Shown here one piece after another: positions 1-9,619 of a stretch of DNA of 64,000 nt. Location: positions 1,265 to 65,264 of the forward strand of contig CAZNCH010000001.1 of the NCBI GenBank assembly GCA_964571555.1, given 5' to 3'. Below the pieces are notes generated by a model. That model was not told where the DNA came from, ran no database searches, and saw nothing but the letters and a program-made list of their open reading frames with translations. A program made the position numbers and the translations under genes. Within the stretch, counting starts at the first letter, position 1, and every line of letters begins with the position of its first letter. The stretch comes from an uncultured Lachnospiraceae bacterium (GTDB lineage: Bacteria; Bacillota; Clostridia; Lachnospirales; Lachnospiraceae).

Positions 1-1
1 A

Positions 2-262
2 AGCCGATTGAGAAACAATGCACTCCTTGTGGAACTGGCGGAGAAATACAACACCACGGTCGCGCACTTATGTCTTGTTTTCGACTACGCGGAGGGCTTC
101 GTTGTTCTGCCGAAGTCTTCCCAAAAAGCGCGGATGGAAGAGAATTTAAACCTCACGGATCTGACCCTTTCAGATGCCGACAGGGACAGAATCAGAAACA
201 TGGCGGAAGCCGGGTGGAGCGGAGAGCATCCCGACAGAGAAACCGTCGCGGTTCCGAAATGA
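2..262 (+). CDS. aldo/keto reductase family protein, C-terminal fragment (5' end outside the window)
   Basis: The frame is open from the window edge to the stop at 260-262. The tail ...VAHLCLVFDYAEGFVVLPKSSQKARMEENL...LSDADRDRI resembles the conserved AKR C-terminal region. Confidence 0.55.
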   Translation, partial: SRLRNNALLVELAEKYNTTVAHLCLVFDYAEGFVVLPKSSQKARMEENLNLTDLTLSDADRDRIRNMAEAGWSGEHPDRETVAVPK

Positions 263-296
263 AACGGATGAGGAAAGCGCGGCTGAAAATCAGGAA

Positions 297-2153
297 TTAA
301 CGTGGATCAAAGATTTTCTCATAACAGAGAAAATCCTGCTCGTACATGTGACATTCCCCAACCAGATCGAACCCGAAGACGGCGTAGGATTTGAGCGCCT
401 TTACGTTGTTTTTGTTCACAAGGAAATGAAGGCTGTGAAAATCACGCCGTTTCAGTTCTGCCATTCCAAATTCCAGCATTTTTCTGGCAAGCCCGCGGTT
501 CTGCATGGACGGGGCGACACACAATCTGGCAAGTTCGCCGCCGGGGACTCCCGATGCGCTCCAACAGGGAAGCGCATCCACGTTTTCGTCCTGTTCAACA
601 GATATTGCGGCAATGATTTTCACCCCATCTTTCATCACATAAAGAGAATCTCTCGATAAATCGAAGGAGATTTCGCGATCGGTCGGATAATCCTCGTTCC
701 AGGGACAATATTCCAGCCCCAGCTGGGATTTGTAAAGCGCCAGAATTTCTTCCCGATCCGCGTCCGTCGCCGGCACAATCGGATAGTCTTTCGCGCATTC
801 AGAGGTTCCGTAACGCGTCAGCAGTTTCTTCATAATAATAAAATAAGCGGGGAACAGGAAGGCGTCCGCAAGAATCCAGGCAAGCGGCGAAGAAATGGTC
901 GCACCGGTGAAGCCGAGGAGCGGAACCAGTACCAGTCCGGTAATCGCGCGCGCGATCATCTCCATCAGACCGGAAAGGATCGCGAGGGTCGCAAACCCAA
1001 GCCCCTGAATCAGGAAACGGATCAGATTCACGAAGACAAGCGTGACGAAAAACGCGCCGGTAACGAGCAGATATTGATTCGCCTGCCGAATGAGGTCGGC
1101 TGATGGATCCGTAACAAAAAGCCGAATGAGATCCTTGCCGATCAACAGCAGGACGGCAAACGAAACGACGGAATAAACGCAGCCGATCACCGCGCTGTCG
1201 CGCAGTCCTCTCCCGATGCGTTCCGGCTTGCCGGCACCCAGATTCTGGCTGCCATAGGTTGCCAGCGCGGAACCAAGCGCGTCCAGCGGACAGGCAAAGA
1301 GAATCGTGATTTTGCCTGCGGCGGTCACGGAAGCGACCGCAATCGATCCGAGCGTGTTAACGCTTGCCGTCATAATGACGGAGCCGATCGCGGTGATGGA
1401 ATACTGCAAACCCATCGGAATCCCCATGTTCAGCAAAATGAGGATGTTCTTGCGAGAAGGCTTCAAATCAACCCAGCGGAAGATCAGAAGTTGATATTTC
1501 TTCAGGATCACTATGATCAGAAAGATGACACAGACCACCTGTGATAATACCGTTGCCAGAGCGGCACCGGTGACGCCGAGGTGCAACGGAACAATAAACA
1601 GGTAATCCAGCCCCAGATTGATGGCGCAGGAAATCAGCAGCAGATAAAGCGGCGTCTTGGAATCTCCGATAGAGCGGACGGCACCCGCCAGCAGATTATA
1701 AGCAAGCGTTGCGGGAATGCCGAGAAAAATCACCAGAATATAGGAATAGGAATAGTCGATGATATCCGCGGGGGTATTCAGCAGGGTAAGAATCGGACGC
1801 GTGGAAAGCGATACGGTTGTTGTCAGAACCACGGCAAGAATGCCCGACAGAAAAACCGCATTCCCGAGAAACTTCCTCAGATCCTTGTAGTCCTTCGCGC
1901 CGTATCTGTTGGCGACTGGAATGACGAAACCGCTGCCGACGCCGTTGCAGAAACCGATGACCAGAAAGTTCAGAGAACCGGTCGCCCCTACGCCCGCAAG
2001 GGCTTCCATTCCAAGAAAACGTCCGACAATCAAAGTATCAACAAGATTATAAAACTGCTGGAACAGGTTTCCCAGAATAATGGGAACCGCAAACGCCAGA
2101 ATCAGTCGAAACGGATTGCCGACGGTCAGATCCCTGCCTGTATTTTTTCTCAT
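297..2153 (-). CDS. MATE family efflux transporter fused to a C-terminal GNAT N-acetyltransferase domain
   Basis: Single 618-aa ORF with a GAGGAG RBS upstream. The N-terminal ~450 aa are polytopic and carry the MATE signature start (GNPFRLILAFAVPIILGNLFQQFYNLVDTLIVGRFLG). The C-terminal ~165 aa contain the GNAT acetyl-CoA motif (RLCVAPSMQNRGLARKML). Confidence 0.85.
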   Translation of the reverse strand: MRKNTGRDLTVGNPFRLILAFAVPIILGNLFQQFYNLVDTLIVGRFLGMEALAGVGATGSLNFLVIGFCNGVGSGFVIPVANRYGAKDYKDLRKFLGNAVFLSGILAVVLTTTVSLSTRPILTLLNTPADIIDYSYSYILVIFLGIPATLAYNLLAGAVRSIGDSKTPLYLLLISCAINLGLDYLFIVPLHLGVTGAALATVLSQVVCVIFLIIVILKKYQLLIFRWVDLKPSRKNILILLNMGIPMGLQYSITAIGSVIMTASVNTLGSIAVASVTAAGKITILFACPLDALGSALATYGSQNLGAGKPERIGRGLRDSAVIGCVYSVVSFAVLLLIGKDLIRLFVTDPSADLIRQANQYLLVTGAFFVTLVFVNLIRFLIQGLGFATLAILSGLMEMIARAITGLVLVPLLGFTGATISSPLAWILADAFLFPAYFIIMKKLLTRYGTSECAKDYPIVPATDADREEILALYKSQLGLEYCPWNEDYPTDREISFDLSRDSLYVMKDGVKIIAAISVEQDENVDALPCWSASGVPGGELARLCVAPSMQNRGLARKMLEFGMAELKRRDFHSLHFLVNKNNVKALKSYAVFGFDLVGECHMYEQDFLCYEKIFDPR

Positions 2154-2303
2154 CCAAACACTCCTCTTGAAAACATGGTCTCACAGATAAACAGCCTTAT
2201 CGGCGAGAAAGTCACACTTGATCATACGCCAAGGATCGGTGTTTTGTCCAGCCCTAAAACAAAGGAGAGGGCTTCCTTTGCGCGGAACCGGGATTACTCT
2301 TTT

Positions 2304-2332
2304 GTTGACAAATACCCCCAAGGGGTATATGA
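2304..2332 (+). promoter_or_regulatory. sigma-70-type promoter for csoR-copA (-35 TTGACA 2304-2309, 17-nt spacer, -10 TATGAT 2327-2332)
   Basis: Consensus -35 hexamer with canonical spacing to an A/T-rich -10. The spacer is occupied by a CsoR-type palindrome. Confidence 0.5.
2311..2327. promoter_or_regulatory. CsoR operator-like palindrome 1 (ATACCCCCAAGGGGTAT)
   Basis: Near-perfect GC-rich inverted repeat of the TACCC-N-GGGTA type described for CsoR operators. It lies between the -35 and -10. Confidence 0.6.
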
Positions 2333-2345
2333 TGAAGAGGAACAA

Positions 2346-2362
2346 AATACCCCGCGGGGGTA
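2346..2362. promoter_or_regulatory. CsoR operator-like palindrome 2 (ATACCCCGCGGGGGTAT)
   Basis: Second copy of the same inverted-repeat type, 35 nt downstream of the first and just after the predicted transcription start. Confidence 0.6.
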
Positions 2363-2434
2363 TTGGGGCAGAAAGCGGATCCGTGTGATAGAGGGAATTG
2401 CAAAATGCGCGAACCAAAAACAAAGGAGAAACAA

Positions 2435-2782
2435 ATGAGTCACGAAACAGAATGCTGTGAAAATCATGAAATACAGGCGGAGCAGAAGCATTGCTGCAGC
2501 GGTGCGCGCCACAAGGAGCGGGACGCCGAAACGAAAAAGGCGCTGAGGAATCGTTTGAAACGAATCGAAGGGCAGATTCGCGGGCTGGAAGGAATGCTAG
2601 AGGAGAACGCTTACTGTCCGGACATTCTGGTTCAGGTGTCCGCAGTTAATTCCGCGCTGAACAGTTTTAACAAAGAGTTGCTGGCACAGCACATCAAGAG
2701 CTGTGTCGTGGACGATATCAAAAAGGGAGATGACGCGACGGTAGACGAACTGGTATGCGTCATCCAGAAGATGATGAAATAA
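2435..2782 (+). CDS. csoR: CsoR-family copper-sensing transcriptional repressor with a Cys/His-rich N-terminal extension
   Basis: ATG at 2435 is preceded by AAGGAGA. The core LRNRLKRIEGQIRGLEGMLEENAYCPDILVQVSAVNSAL is the CsoR/RcnR (DUF156) fold with the metal-ligand Cys. The N-terminus is MSHETECCENHEIQAEQKHCC. Confidence 0.85.
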   Translation: MSHETECCENHEIQAEQKHCCSGARHKERDAETKKALRNRLKRIEGQIRGLEGMLEENAYCPDILVQVSAVNSALNSFNKELLAQHIKSCVVDDIKKGDDATVDELVCVIQKMMK

Positions 2783-2791
2783 GGTGAGGTT

Positions 2792-5341
2792 ATGAAACAA
2801 TATCATGTAACGGGAATGAGCTGCGCGGCATGTCAGACGCGCGTGGAGAAGGCGGTATCGAAGGTGCCGGGCGTCACATCCTGCGCGGTGAGTCTTTTAA
2901 CGAACGCGATGGGCGTAGAGGGCACGGCGTCACCGCAGGAGATTATCGCGGCAGTGGAAGCGGCGGGCTACGGCGCATCGGAAAAGGAAACAAAAAGGGA
3001 AGAGAATCACACAAGACGCCCAAAACCCGAAGAAGATGTACTGCAGGACAAGGCAACGCCGCAATTGAAGAAGCGTTTATACAGTTCCATCGCGCTGCTG
3101 CTGATCCTGATGTATTTCTCCATGGGCGTGCCAATGTGGAACTGGCACGCACCCGCCTTTTTGCAGGAAAATTACGTGTCGATGGGCTTGTTGCAACTGT
3201 TGCTTGCAGGCATGATCTTAGTGATCAACCGGAAGTTTTTCACCAGCGGATTCCGGAGCCTGTTTCATCTGGCACCCAATATGGATACCCTTGTGGCACT
3301 CGGCGCAGCGGCGGGTTTCGCCTATTCGACGGCAACGCTGTTCGTAATGAGCGCAGCGCAGATTGACGGCGGTGTTGCGGCGGCTTCCGCCTATCGAAAG
3401 GAACTGTATTTTGAATCTGCGGCGATGATTCTGACCCTGATTACCGTCGGCAAAACGCTGGAAGCCTATTCCAAGGGCAGGACGACAGATGCGTTAAAGA
3501 GCCTGATGAAGTTGGCGCCACAAACCGCAAACGTGGTTCGAGACGGGATCGAGAAGACGGTTGGGATTGACGAAGTAGGAATCGGAGACATTTTCGTGGT
3601 CAGACCGGGGGAAAATATTCCGGTGGACGGCATCGTCCTCGAGGGGAGTTCTGCGGTGAATGAAGCGGCGTTAACGGGCGAGTCCGTTCCGGTTGATAAG
3701 GAGATCGGCAGCAAGGTCAGTGCAGCAACGATGAACCAATCCGGCTTCCTCAAATGCGAAGCGACCAGGGTCGGCGAAGACACCACGCTTTCGCAGATCA
3801 TTTCCATGGTCAGCGATGCGGCGGCAACCAAAGCGCCCGTCGCCAAAGTTGCGGACACCATCTCGGGTGTCTTCGTTCCGATCGTGATCGGATTGGCGAT
3901 TCTCACAACGGCGGTTTGGCTGTTGCTTGGCAGAGAATTCGGTTATGCGCTAGCCAGAGGAATCTCCGTTCTGGTGGTATCCTGCCCCTGTGCGCTCGGT
4001 CTGGCGACGCCGGTCGCCATTATGGTGGGAAACGGCATGGGCGCGAAGCACGGCATCCTCTTCAAAACAGCGGAAGCCTTGCAGGAGACCGGCAGAGTAC
4101 AAATCGTTGCGCTGGATAAAACGGGTACGATCACGAGCGGAAAGCCTGCGGTCACCGATGTGATTCCGGCGGCTGGCGTGGAAGCGGCGCGCCTGATCGA
4201 AATTGCCGCTTCGGTGGAGAAACCGTCGGAACATCCTCTGGCGCGCGCGGTGGTGGAATATGCGCAGGAGAAGCAAATCGTCGGTCATGAGATTTCGGAG
4301 TTTCTTGCCCTGCCCGGCAACGGACTGGAAGCAAAGTACAACGGAAAGTTGATCCTTGGCGGAAGCCTTGCTTTCATCGAATCGAAGCTGAGGGTGACGG
4401 CAGCGGTGAAAGAGATGGCGGAAACGGTTGCCGCACAGGGAAAGACCCCGGTGCTGTTTGCAGAAGACGAGGAACTGCTCGGACTGGTTGCGATCGCGGA
4501 TCGAATCAAAGAGGATTCTGCGGCGGCAATTGCACAGTTGAAGAAAATGGGGCTGCATGTCGTTATGCTGACGGGGGATCATCGGAAGACCGCAGAGGCG
4601 ATCGGCGCACAGGCAGGTGTAGACGAGGTGATTGCGGGCGTGCTGCCGGACGGCAAAGAGAGAGCGATCCGTTCGTTGCAGGAAAAGGGCAGGACAGCCA
4701 TGGTCGGCGATGGAATCAACGATGCGCCGGCACTGACCAGGGCGCAGGTCGGCATCGCGATCGGTGCAGGTACGGATGTCGCCATGGATGCGGCGGATGT
4801 CGTACTGGTGAAATCAAAACTTTCTGATGTCGCTGCAGCGATCCGCTTGTCGCGGGCAACTTATCGGAACATCAAGGAGAATCTTTTCTGGGCGCTGTTC
4901 TATAATGTTCTGCTGATCCCGCTTGCGTGCGGCGTTTATGTCCATTGGGGCTTTTCTATGAACCCGATGTGGGGAGCGGCAGCCATGAGTTGCTCAAGTC
5001 TTTTTGTGGTGATGAATGCGCTCAGACTGAACCTGTTTCGAGTTCACGAAGCATCTCACGACAGACGAAGCAAAAATGCGATCCGTACAGACCCCAATCA
5101 GGAGACGGACAGAAACAAAGGAGGAAAGAAAATGAAAAAAACAGTGAACATTGACGGAATGATGTGCGAACATTGCGAAGCAAGGGTGAAGAAGGGGCTG
5201 GAAGCATTGAGCGGCGTTGCTTCCGCAGAAGTCAGCCACAAGAGCGGAACCGCGGTGCTGACGCTTTCGGGGGAAGTGGAAGAAGCAAAGATCAGAAAAG
5301 CAATCGAGGACGACGGCTATCAGTTCCTCTCCCTCTCCTGA
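2792..5341 (+). CDS. copA: copper-translocating P1B-type ATPase with an N-terminal and an additional C-terminal HMA domain
   Basis: N-terminal GMSCAACQ HMA domain, CPC transmembrane motif (SCPCALGLATP), DKTGT phosphorylation site, GDGINDAP hinge, and a C-terminal second HMA (GMMCEHCEARV). Confidence 0.95.
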   Translation: MKQYHVTGMSCAACQTRVEKAVSKVPGVTSCAVSLLTNAMGVEGTASPQEIIAAVEAAGYGASEKETKREENHTRRPKPEEDVLQDKATPQLKKRLYSSIALLLILMYFSMGVPMWNWHAPAFLQENYVSMGLLQLLLAGMILVINRKFFTSGFRSLFHLAPNMDTLVALGAAAGFAYSTATLFVMSAAQIDGGVAAASAYRKELYFESAAMILTLITVGKTLEAYSKGRTTDALKSLMKLAPQTANVVRDGIEKTVGIDEVGIGDIFVVRPGENIPVDGIVLEGSSAVNEAALTGESVPVDKEIGSKVSAATMNQSGFLKCEATRVGEDTTLSQIISMVSDAAATKAPVAKVADTISGVFVPIVIGLAILTTAVWLLLGREFGYALARGISVLVVSCPCALGLATPVAIMVGNGMGAKHGILFKTAEALQETGRVQIVALDKTGTITSGKPAVTDVIPAAGVEAARLIEIAASVEKPSEHPLARAVVEYAQEKQIVGHEISEFLALPGNGLEAKYNGKLILGGSLAFIESKLRVTAAVKEMAETVAAQGKTPVLFAEDEELLGLVAIADRIKEDSAAAIAQLKKMGLHVVMLTGDHRKTAEAIGAQAGVDEVIAGVLPDGKERAIRSLQEKGRTAMVGDGINDAPALTRAQVGIAIGAGTDVAMDAADVVLVKSKLSDVAAAIRLSRATYRNIKENLFWALFYNVLLIPLACGVYVHWGFSMNPMWGAAAMSCSSLFVVMNALRLNLFRVHEASHDRRSKNAIRTDPNQETDRNKGGKKMKKTVNIDGMMCEHCEARVKKGLEALSGVASAEVSHKSGTAVLTLSGEVEEAKIRKAIEDDGYQFLSLS

Positions 5342-5413
5342 CAAGATTTTGCCAAATCCATCAAAATATAGTAAAATTTGAATAACTATGTGTTGATAGG
5401 ATGAGGAAAGAAA

Positions 5414-6964
5414 ATGTCTCTGATCTCGGTACAGTTCTGGATCTTCTTCGTTTTCATACTGAGCGTTTATTATTTTCTGCCCGGAAGGTTGCAATGGGTT
5501 TGGCTGCTGCTTGCAAGCGGCGCGTTCTATGCAAGCAGCGCAAGCTGGCAGCAAAGCCTGTTCTTCCTGGGCTTTTTGCTGTGCAATTATGCGGCGTCCC
5601 GTTTGATTACTCCGGATGCGAAACGACCGAAGACCGCGTTTCGGATCATTCTTGCCTTTGATCTGTTGACGCTTGCGATTTTCAAATACAGCATGTTTTT
5701 CTATCAGATCATCAACGCCGCAACGAAGCCGTTCGGCTTCGGAATCTCACAGGAGAAGTTCGATCTGTTCCACTACTATTGCGGCAAGGTATATCCGCTG
5801 CACATCTCCTATTTTCTGCTCATTGTGGTAGGTTATCTTGCGGATGTCTACTGGGGGAAAAGCGAAGTCCAGAAGAACCCCGGCAAGATGCTCCTTTTCT
5901 CCGGCTTCTTCTTGCAAATGATTTCCGGACCCATCGTGCAGTACGATCAGATGCAGGGGCAGCTCTGGGGAGAAAAGCACCGCTTTGATTACGAAACCGT
6001 TGTGCGCGGTATAGAGCGGGTACTCTGGGGTGTCTTCAAAAAACTTATGATTGCGGAGCGCGCTGCCGTCATGGTAGACACAATTTATTCCTATTATGAA
6101 GCCTATACCGGCTTCTACGTTCCGTTTGCGGCGGCGCTGTTTGCACTGCAACTCTATGCCGATTTCTCGGGACTGATGGATATTGTGCTGGGGCTGGCGC
6201 AGTGTCTTGGCATTTCTCTCCCCGAGAATTTCAACACGCCGTTCTACTCGACCGATCTTTCGGAATTCTGGCGCAGATGGCACATGACGCTTGGCGCATT
6301 TCTGCGGGACTATGTCCTCTATCCGCTGGAACGCAGCACGCCGTGGCGCAAACTGCGGAAATTCTGCAAGAAACGCTTCGGCAAGGGCTATGAGAACAAG
6401 TTTAACCTGCCGCTGTACCTGGCGCTTTTGATTTCCTGGTTCCTGATCGGATTATGGCATGGCGGGGGCTGGAATTATATTTTCGGCGTGGGGCTCTACA
6501 TGTTCCTTGTGATCGTTCTTGGCGAAACGCTGCGTCCGATTTTTGTGAAAGCCACAGCATTGCTGCGGATCGATACGGAATGTTTTTCCTGGCAACTGTT
6601 CCGAAGAATACGAACCTTTCTGCTGTTCATCTTCGGCTTATCCTTTTTCCGCGCAGAAACACTGCAAGACGGTTTTCTGATGTGGAAAGGCGCCTTTGCA
6701 AAGTTTAACCCGTGGATTTTCTTCGACCGATCGCTTTACGAACTGGGTCTTTCGGGGAGGCAATGTTTCATTCTTTTTCTGGGACTGCTGGTTCTGCTTT
6801 TCGTTTCTATGCTTTCGCAGAGGGGCTCGGTAAGAGAACTTCTGCATAAACAGAACTTTGTCTTCCGCTTATCGCTCCTGCTGCTTCTCTTTGCCACGAC
6901 TGTCAGTTTCGGGTATTACGGAACGGAATTTGTCGCAGCCGACTTTATTTATGGAAGGTTTTAG
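5414..6964 (+). CDS. MBOAT family membrane-bound O-acyltransferase (AlgI/DltB/PatA-like)
   Basis: Polytopic 516-aa ORF carrying FWRRWHMTLGAFLRDYVLYPL and the conserved His region WHGGGWNYI. Confidence 0.9.
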   Translation: MSLISVQFWIFFVFILSVYYFLPGRLQWVWLLLASGAFYASSASWQQSLFFLGFLLCNYAASRLITPDAKRPKTAFRIILAFDLLTLAIFKYSMFFYQIINAATKPFGFGISQEKFDLFHYYCGKVYPLHISYFLLIVVGYLADVYWGKSEVQKNPGKMLLFSGFFLQMISGPIVQYDQMQGQLWGEKHRFDYETVVRGIERVLWGVFKKLMIAERAAVMVDTIYSYYEAYTGFYVPFAAALFALQLYADFSGLMDIVLGLAQCLGISLPENFNTPFYSTDLSEFWRRWHMTLGAFLRDYVLYPLERSTPWRKLRKFCKKRFGKGYENKFNLPLYLALLISWFLIGLWHGGGWNYIFGVGLYMFLVIVLGETLRPIFVKATALLRIDTECFSWQLFRRIRTFLLFIFGLSFFRAETLQDGFLMWKGAFAKFNPWIFFDRSLYELGLSGRQCFILFLGLLVLLFVSMLSQRGSVRELLHKQNFVFRLSLLLLLFATTVSFGYYGTEFVAADFIYGRF

Positions 6965-6965
6965 G

Positions 6966-8369
6966 ATGAAGAATCTTTGTAGAGCACTGATCTCGATTGC
7001 CGCCTTTGCCTTGGTCTATTACGGGTGCAGCAGGATTCTGCTGCTGAAATCGGAAGACGGCATTGAACAGATGCAAGCGTACTATCTGCAAAAAGAGAAT
7101 ACCGTGGATGTGCTTCTTCTCGGGAGTTCCCACACCTACTGCGATGTAAACACGGGGGTACTCTGGGACGAATACGGCATTTCCGCCTTCGATTTGGGCG
7201 GCGCGGAGCAGCCCTTTTGGAACAGTTACTACTTCCTCAAGGAAGCGCTCAAGACGCAGAAACCGAAAGTGATCGTGCTGGATATCACCATTCCGGGGAT
7301 CCGTTCCGAAGAATATCAGCTGCGCGTTTGGTCGGTGAAGAATCTGTTTGGGATCCATTTTAACAGGAACCGCATCGACGCAACCAGAATCAGCGTACCG
7401 TCATCGAGTTTTGAAACCTTGCTGAATCCGATGAACGAAATGCATACGCGCTACAGCGATTTGGACAAGGACGATTTCATAGACAGTAACCGCTCTGTCA
7501 ATTATAAGGGCTTTGATTTGAGAGACGGGATCGTTCCCTACGAAACGCCAGATATGTCCGGCGTGACAGAGTTGACGCCGATGACGGAGAAAGAAGAACT
7601 CTATTACCGCAAAATCATCGAACTCACAAGGGAAGAGAAGATTCCGCTGCTTCTGGTTTCGGTGCCGTTTCCCGTCTATGAAGAAGCGCAGAAGATCTAC
7701 AACTACGAATTCAAAATCGCGAAAGAAGAAGGCGTTCCCTATATTGATTACAACAAGGGAAACCATTATGCAGAGATGGATCTGGATTTCAAAACCGACA
7801 TGGCGGACGAATTTCACCTGAACATCACGGGAAATGAAAAGTTCTCCAAATATCTCGGGGCGCAGCTGAAAGAGACCTACGACCTCACCGATCACAGAGG
7901 TGATGAGAAATATGACTCGTGGGAAGTAAACGCATTGATCGAACGGCAGGAAACGGCGGCAGCCAGGTTAAATAGAGCCAAGACGCCGGAAGACTACGCG
8001 AGGGTCTTGAAGAATGAGAATTATATCACTTTTTTCAACGCGGGATCAGAAGCGGACGGTCTTATGAGCGCGCACGCAGCGGCGCTGGATGCGCTGGGAA
8101 TCGGCGCAGATTGGCGAGTGCAGGGAATGCATCTCATTTTACGGGGCGATCGGGTCTCCTATGCATCCGCCGAAAAGGAACAAAAAGTTCTGATCGATTT
8201 AAAGAAAACAAGACTCCTGCTGGTCAGCGAAGAAGATACGGAACAGGGCAGCAGGACGCTGCTCATGGTAGACGACAGAAGGAATGAGTTCGAGTCTTCC
8301 GGAATCGCGTTTATCGTATATGATTCCGTGCTGGACAGAGTGGTGAGCCGGAGAGAATTTGAGGAATAG
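6966..8369 (+). CDS. membrane-anchored SGNH/DltD-like partner of the MBOAT (putative extracytoplasmic O-acyl transferase)
   Basis: ATG at 6966 is 2 nt after the MBOAT stop. It has an N-terminal TM helix, an SGNH block I-like LLLGSSH and a block V-like DEFHLN. The gene order mirrors DltB/DltD, PatA/PatB and AlgI/AlgJ pairs. Confidence 0.6.
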   Translation: MKNLCRALISIAAFALVYYGCSRILLLKSEDGIEQMQAYYLQKENTVDVLLLGSSHTYCDVNTGVLWDEYGISAFDLGGAEQPFWNSYYFLKEALKTQKPKVIVLDITIPGIRSEEYQLRVWSVKNLFGIHFNRNRIDATRISVPSSSFETLLNPMNEMHTRYSDLDKDDFIDSNRSVNYKGFDLRDGIVPYETPDMSGVTELTPMTEKEELYYRKIIELTREEKIPLLLVSVPFPVYEEAQKIYNYEFKIAKEEGVPYIDYNKGNHYAEMDLDFKTDMADEFHLNITGNEKFSKYLGAQLKETYDLTDHRGDEKYDSWEVNALIERQETAAARLNRAKTPEDYARVLKNENYITFFNAGSEADGLMSAHAAALDALGIGADWRVQGMHLILRGDRVSYASAEKEQKVLIDLKKTRLLLVSEEDTEQGSRTLLMVDDRRNEFESSGIAFIVYDSVLDRVVSRREFEE

Positions 8370-8377
8370 GAGCGAAG

Positions 8378-9619
8378 ATGAAATACCTTATTTTAGGCGC
8401 GGGTCCTGCGGGGCTGGCATTTGCGAATCAGTTGCTGCAAAACGGGGAAGAAGACTTCCTGGTTCTTGAGAAAGAGGCGGATGCCGGCGGGCTGTGCAGA
8501 AGCAGAGAGGTGGACGGACGTCCGCTGGATATCGGCGGCGGACATTTTCTGGACGTTAAGAACCCAAGGGTGCTTGACTTTGTGTTTCCCTTTCTGTCGA
8601 TGGAAGAGTGGGATCGATATGAGCGTGATTCCAGAATTGTTGTAAACGGAAATGTCATTCACAGCCCGATTGAAGCCAATATCTGGCAGATGAAGTTGTC
8701 CGATCAGGTGGAGTATCTGAAAGCGATTGCAATTGCGGGCTGCAATCTGGGCGAAACCATGCCGGAGAACTTCGTCGATTGGATTTACTGGAAACTCGGA
8801 AAAAAGATTGCGGAAGATTATATGATTCCGTATAATCAGAAGATGTTCGGTTCGGATCTGAATATTCTCGGAACCTATTGGCTGAACAAACTGCCGAATG
8901 TTTCCTTTGATGAAACACTGATCAGTTGTCTTGAGAAGAAGGCGTACGGCACCCAACCGGGACACGCGCAGTTCTTCTATCCGAAAGAGTACGGAATCGG
9001 GGAACTGTTCGCACGGATGGCAGCTGCACTGGGCGATCGGATTCGATATAATACGCCGGTGGAGACCCTGGATCTTGAGACGAAAACAGTCAACGGAACC
9101 TATCGGGCAGAAAGAATCGTGACGACCGTTCCGTGGACGGCAATCGAAAAGATCACGGGACTCCCCGTGTATCTTGAGACGGCGGTTCACGCCTTAAAGC
9201 ACAGTTCCGTCGTGATCACCTACCGCCCTGAAATGCTTGAGACGAAAGCGCAATGGATTTATTATCCGGATCTGTCGCTGCCGCATCACCGCATTTTGGT
9301 GCGCCATAATTTCTGTCCCCGCGCAAAGGGCTACTGGACGGAAACGAATCTGACCAGATTCAAGGAAGAACAGGCGGAGGGACAGCCCTATTATATCAAC
9401 GAATACGCCTACCCGCTGAATACGATAGGGAAAGAGGAAAACATGGCGACGCTGCTTGTGTTTGCGGAGAAAAAGGGCGTCATCGGTCTCGGAAGATGGG
9501 GCGAGTGGCAGCATTTTAATTCAGATGTCGTCATTGCCAGAGGAATGGATCTGGCGGACCGGCTTTGTGGGAAAGAACGGGAAGATGAGAATATTGTGGT
9601 CAAAAATCAAAAACGATAA
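8378..9619 (+). CDS. FAD/NAD(P)-binding oxidoreductase (UDP-galactopyranose mutase / amine-oxidase-like fold)
   Basis: Rossmann dinucleotide motif at the N-terminus (LILGAGPAGLAFANQL...LEKEADAGGLCRS). Size and architecture fit flavin mutase/oxidase families. The exact family was not resolved by eye. Confidence 0.6.
   Translation: MKYLILGAGPAGLAFANQLLQNGEEDFLVLEKEADAGGLCRSREVDGRPLDIGGGHFLDVKNPRVLDFVFPFLSMEEWDRYERDSRIVVNGNVIHSPIEANIWQMKLSDQVEYLKAIAIAGCNLGETMPENFVDWIYWKLGKKIAEDYMIPYNQKMFGSDLNILGTYWLNKLPNVSFDETLISCLEKKAYGTQPGHAQFFYPKEYGIGELFARMAAALGDRIRYNTPVETLDLETKTVNGTYRAERIVTTVPWTAIEKITGLPVYLETAVHALKHSSVVITYRPEMLETKAQWIYYPDLSLPHHRILVRHNFCPRAKGYWTETNLTRFKEEQAEGQPYYINEYAYPLNTIGKEENMATLLVFAEKKGVIGLGRWGEWQHFNSDVVIARGMDLADRLCGKEREDENIVVKNQKR

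Noticed and set aside
1581-2438. 285-aa ORF on the + strand opposite the MATE gene
   Set aside because: It is entirely antisense to a well-supported transporter gene. The product is Arg/Gln/Gly-rich and low-complexity, with no motifs and no RBS. This is typical shadow-frame behaviour in GC-leaning DNA.
9456-9584. Upstream extension of the GT-C gene given in the ORF track. The same applies to the extensions at 6858-6965, 14832-14888, 39270-39386, 39842-40036, 42602-42730 and 46646-46678.
   Set aside because: The extensions overlap the 3' ends of the preceding genes in another frame and encode Arg/Ser-rich junk. Internal starts with RBSs coincide with the beginnings of the conserved domains.
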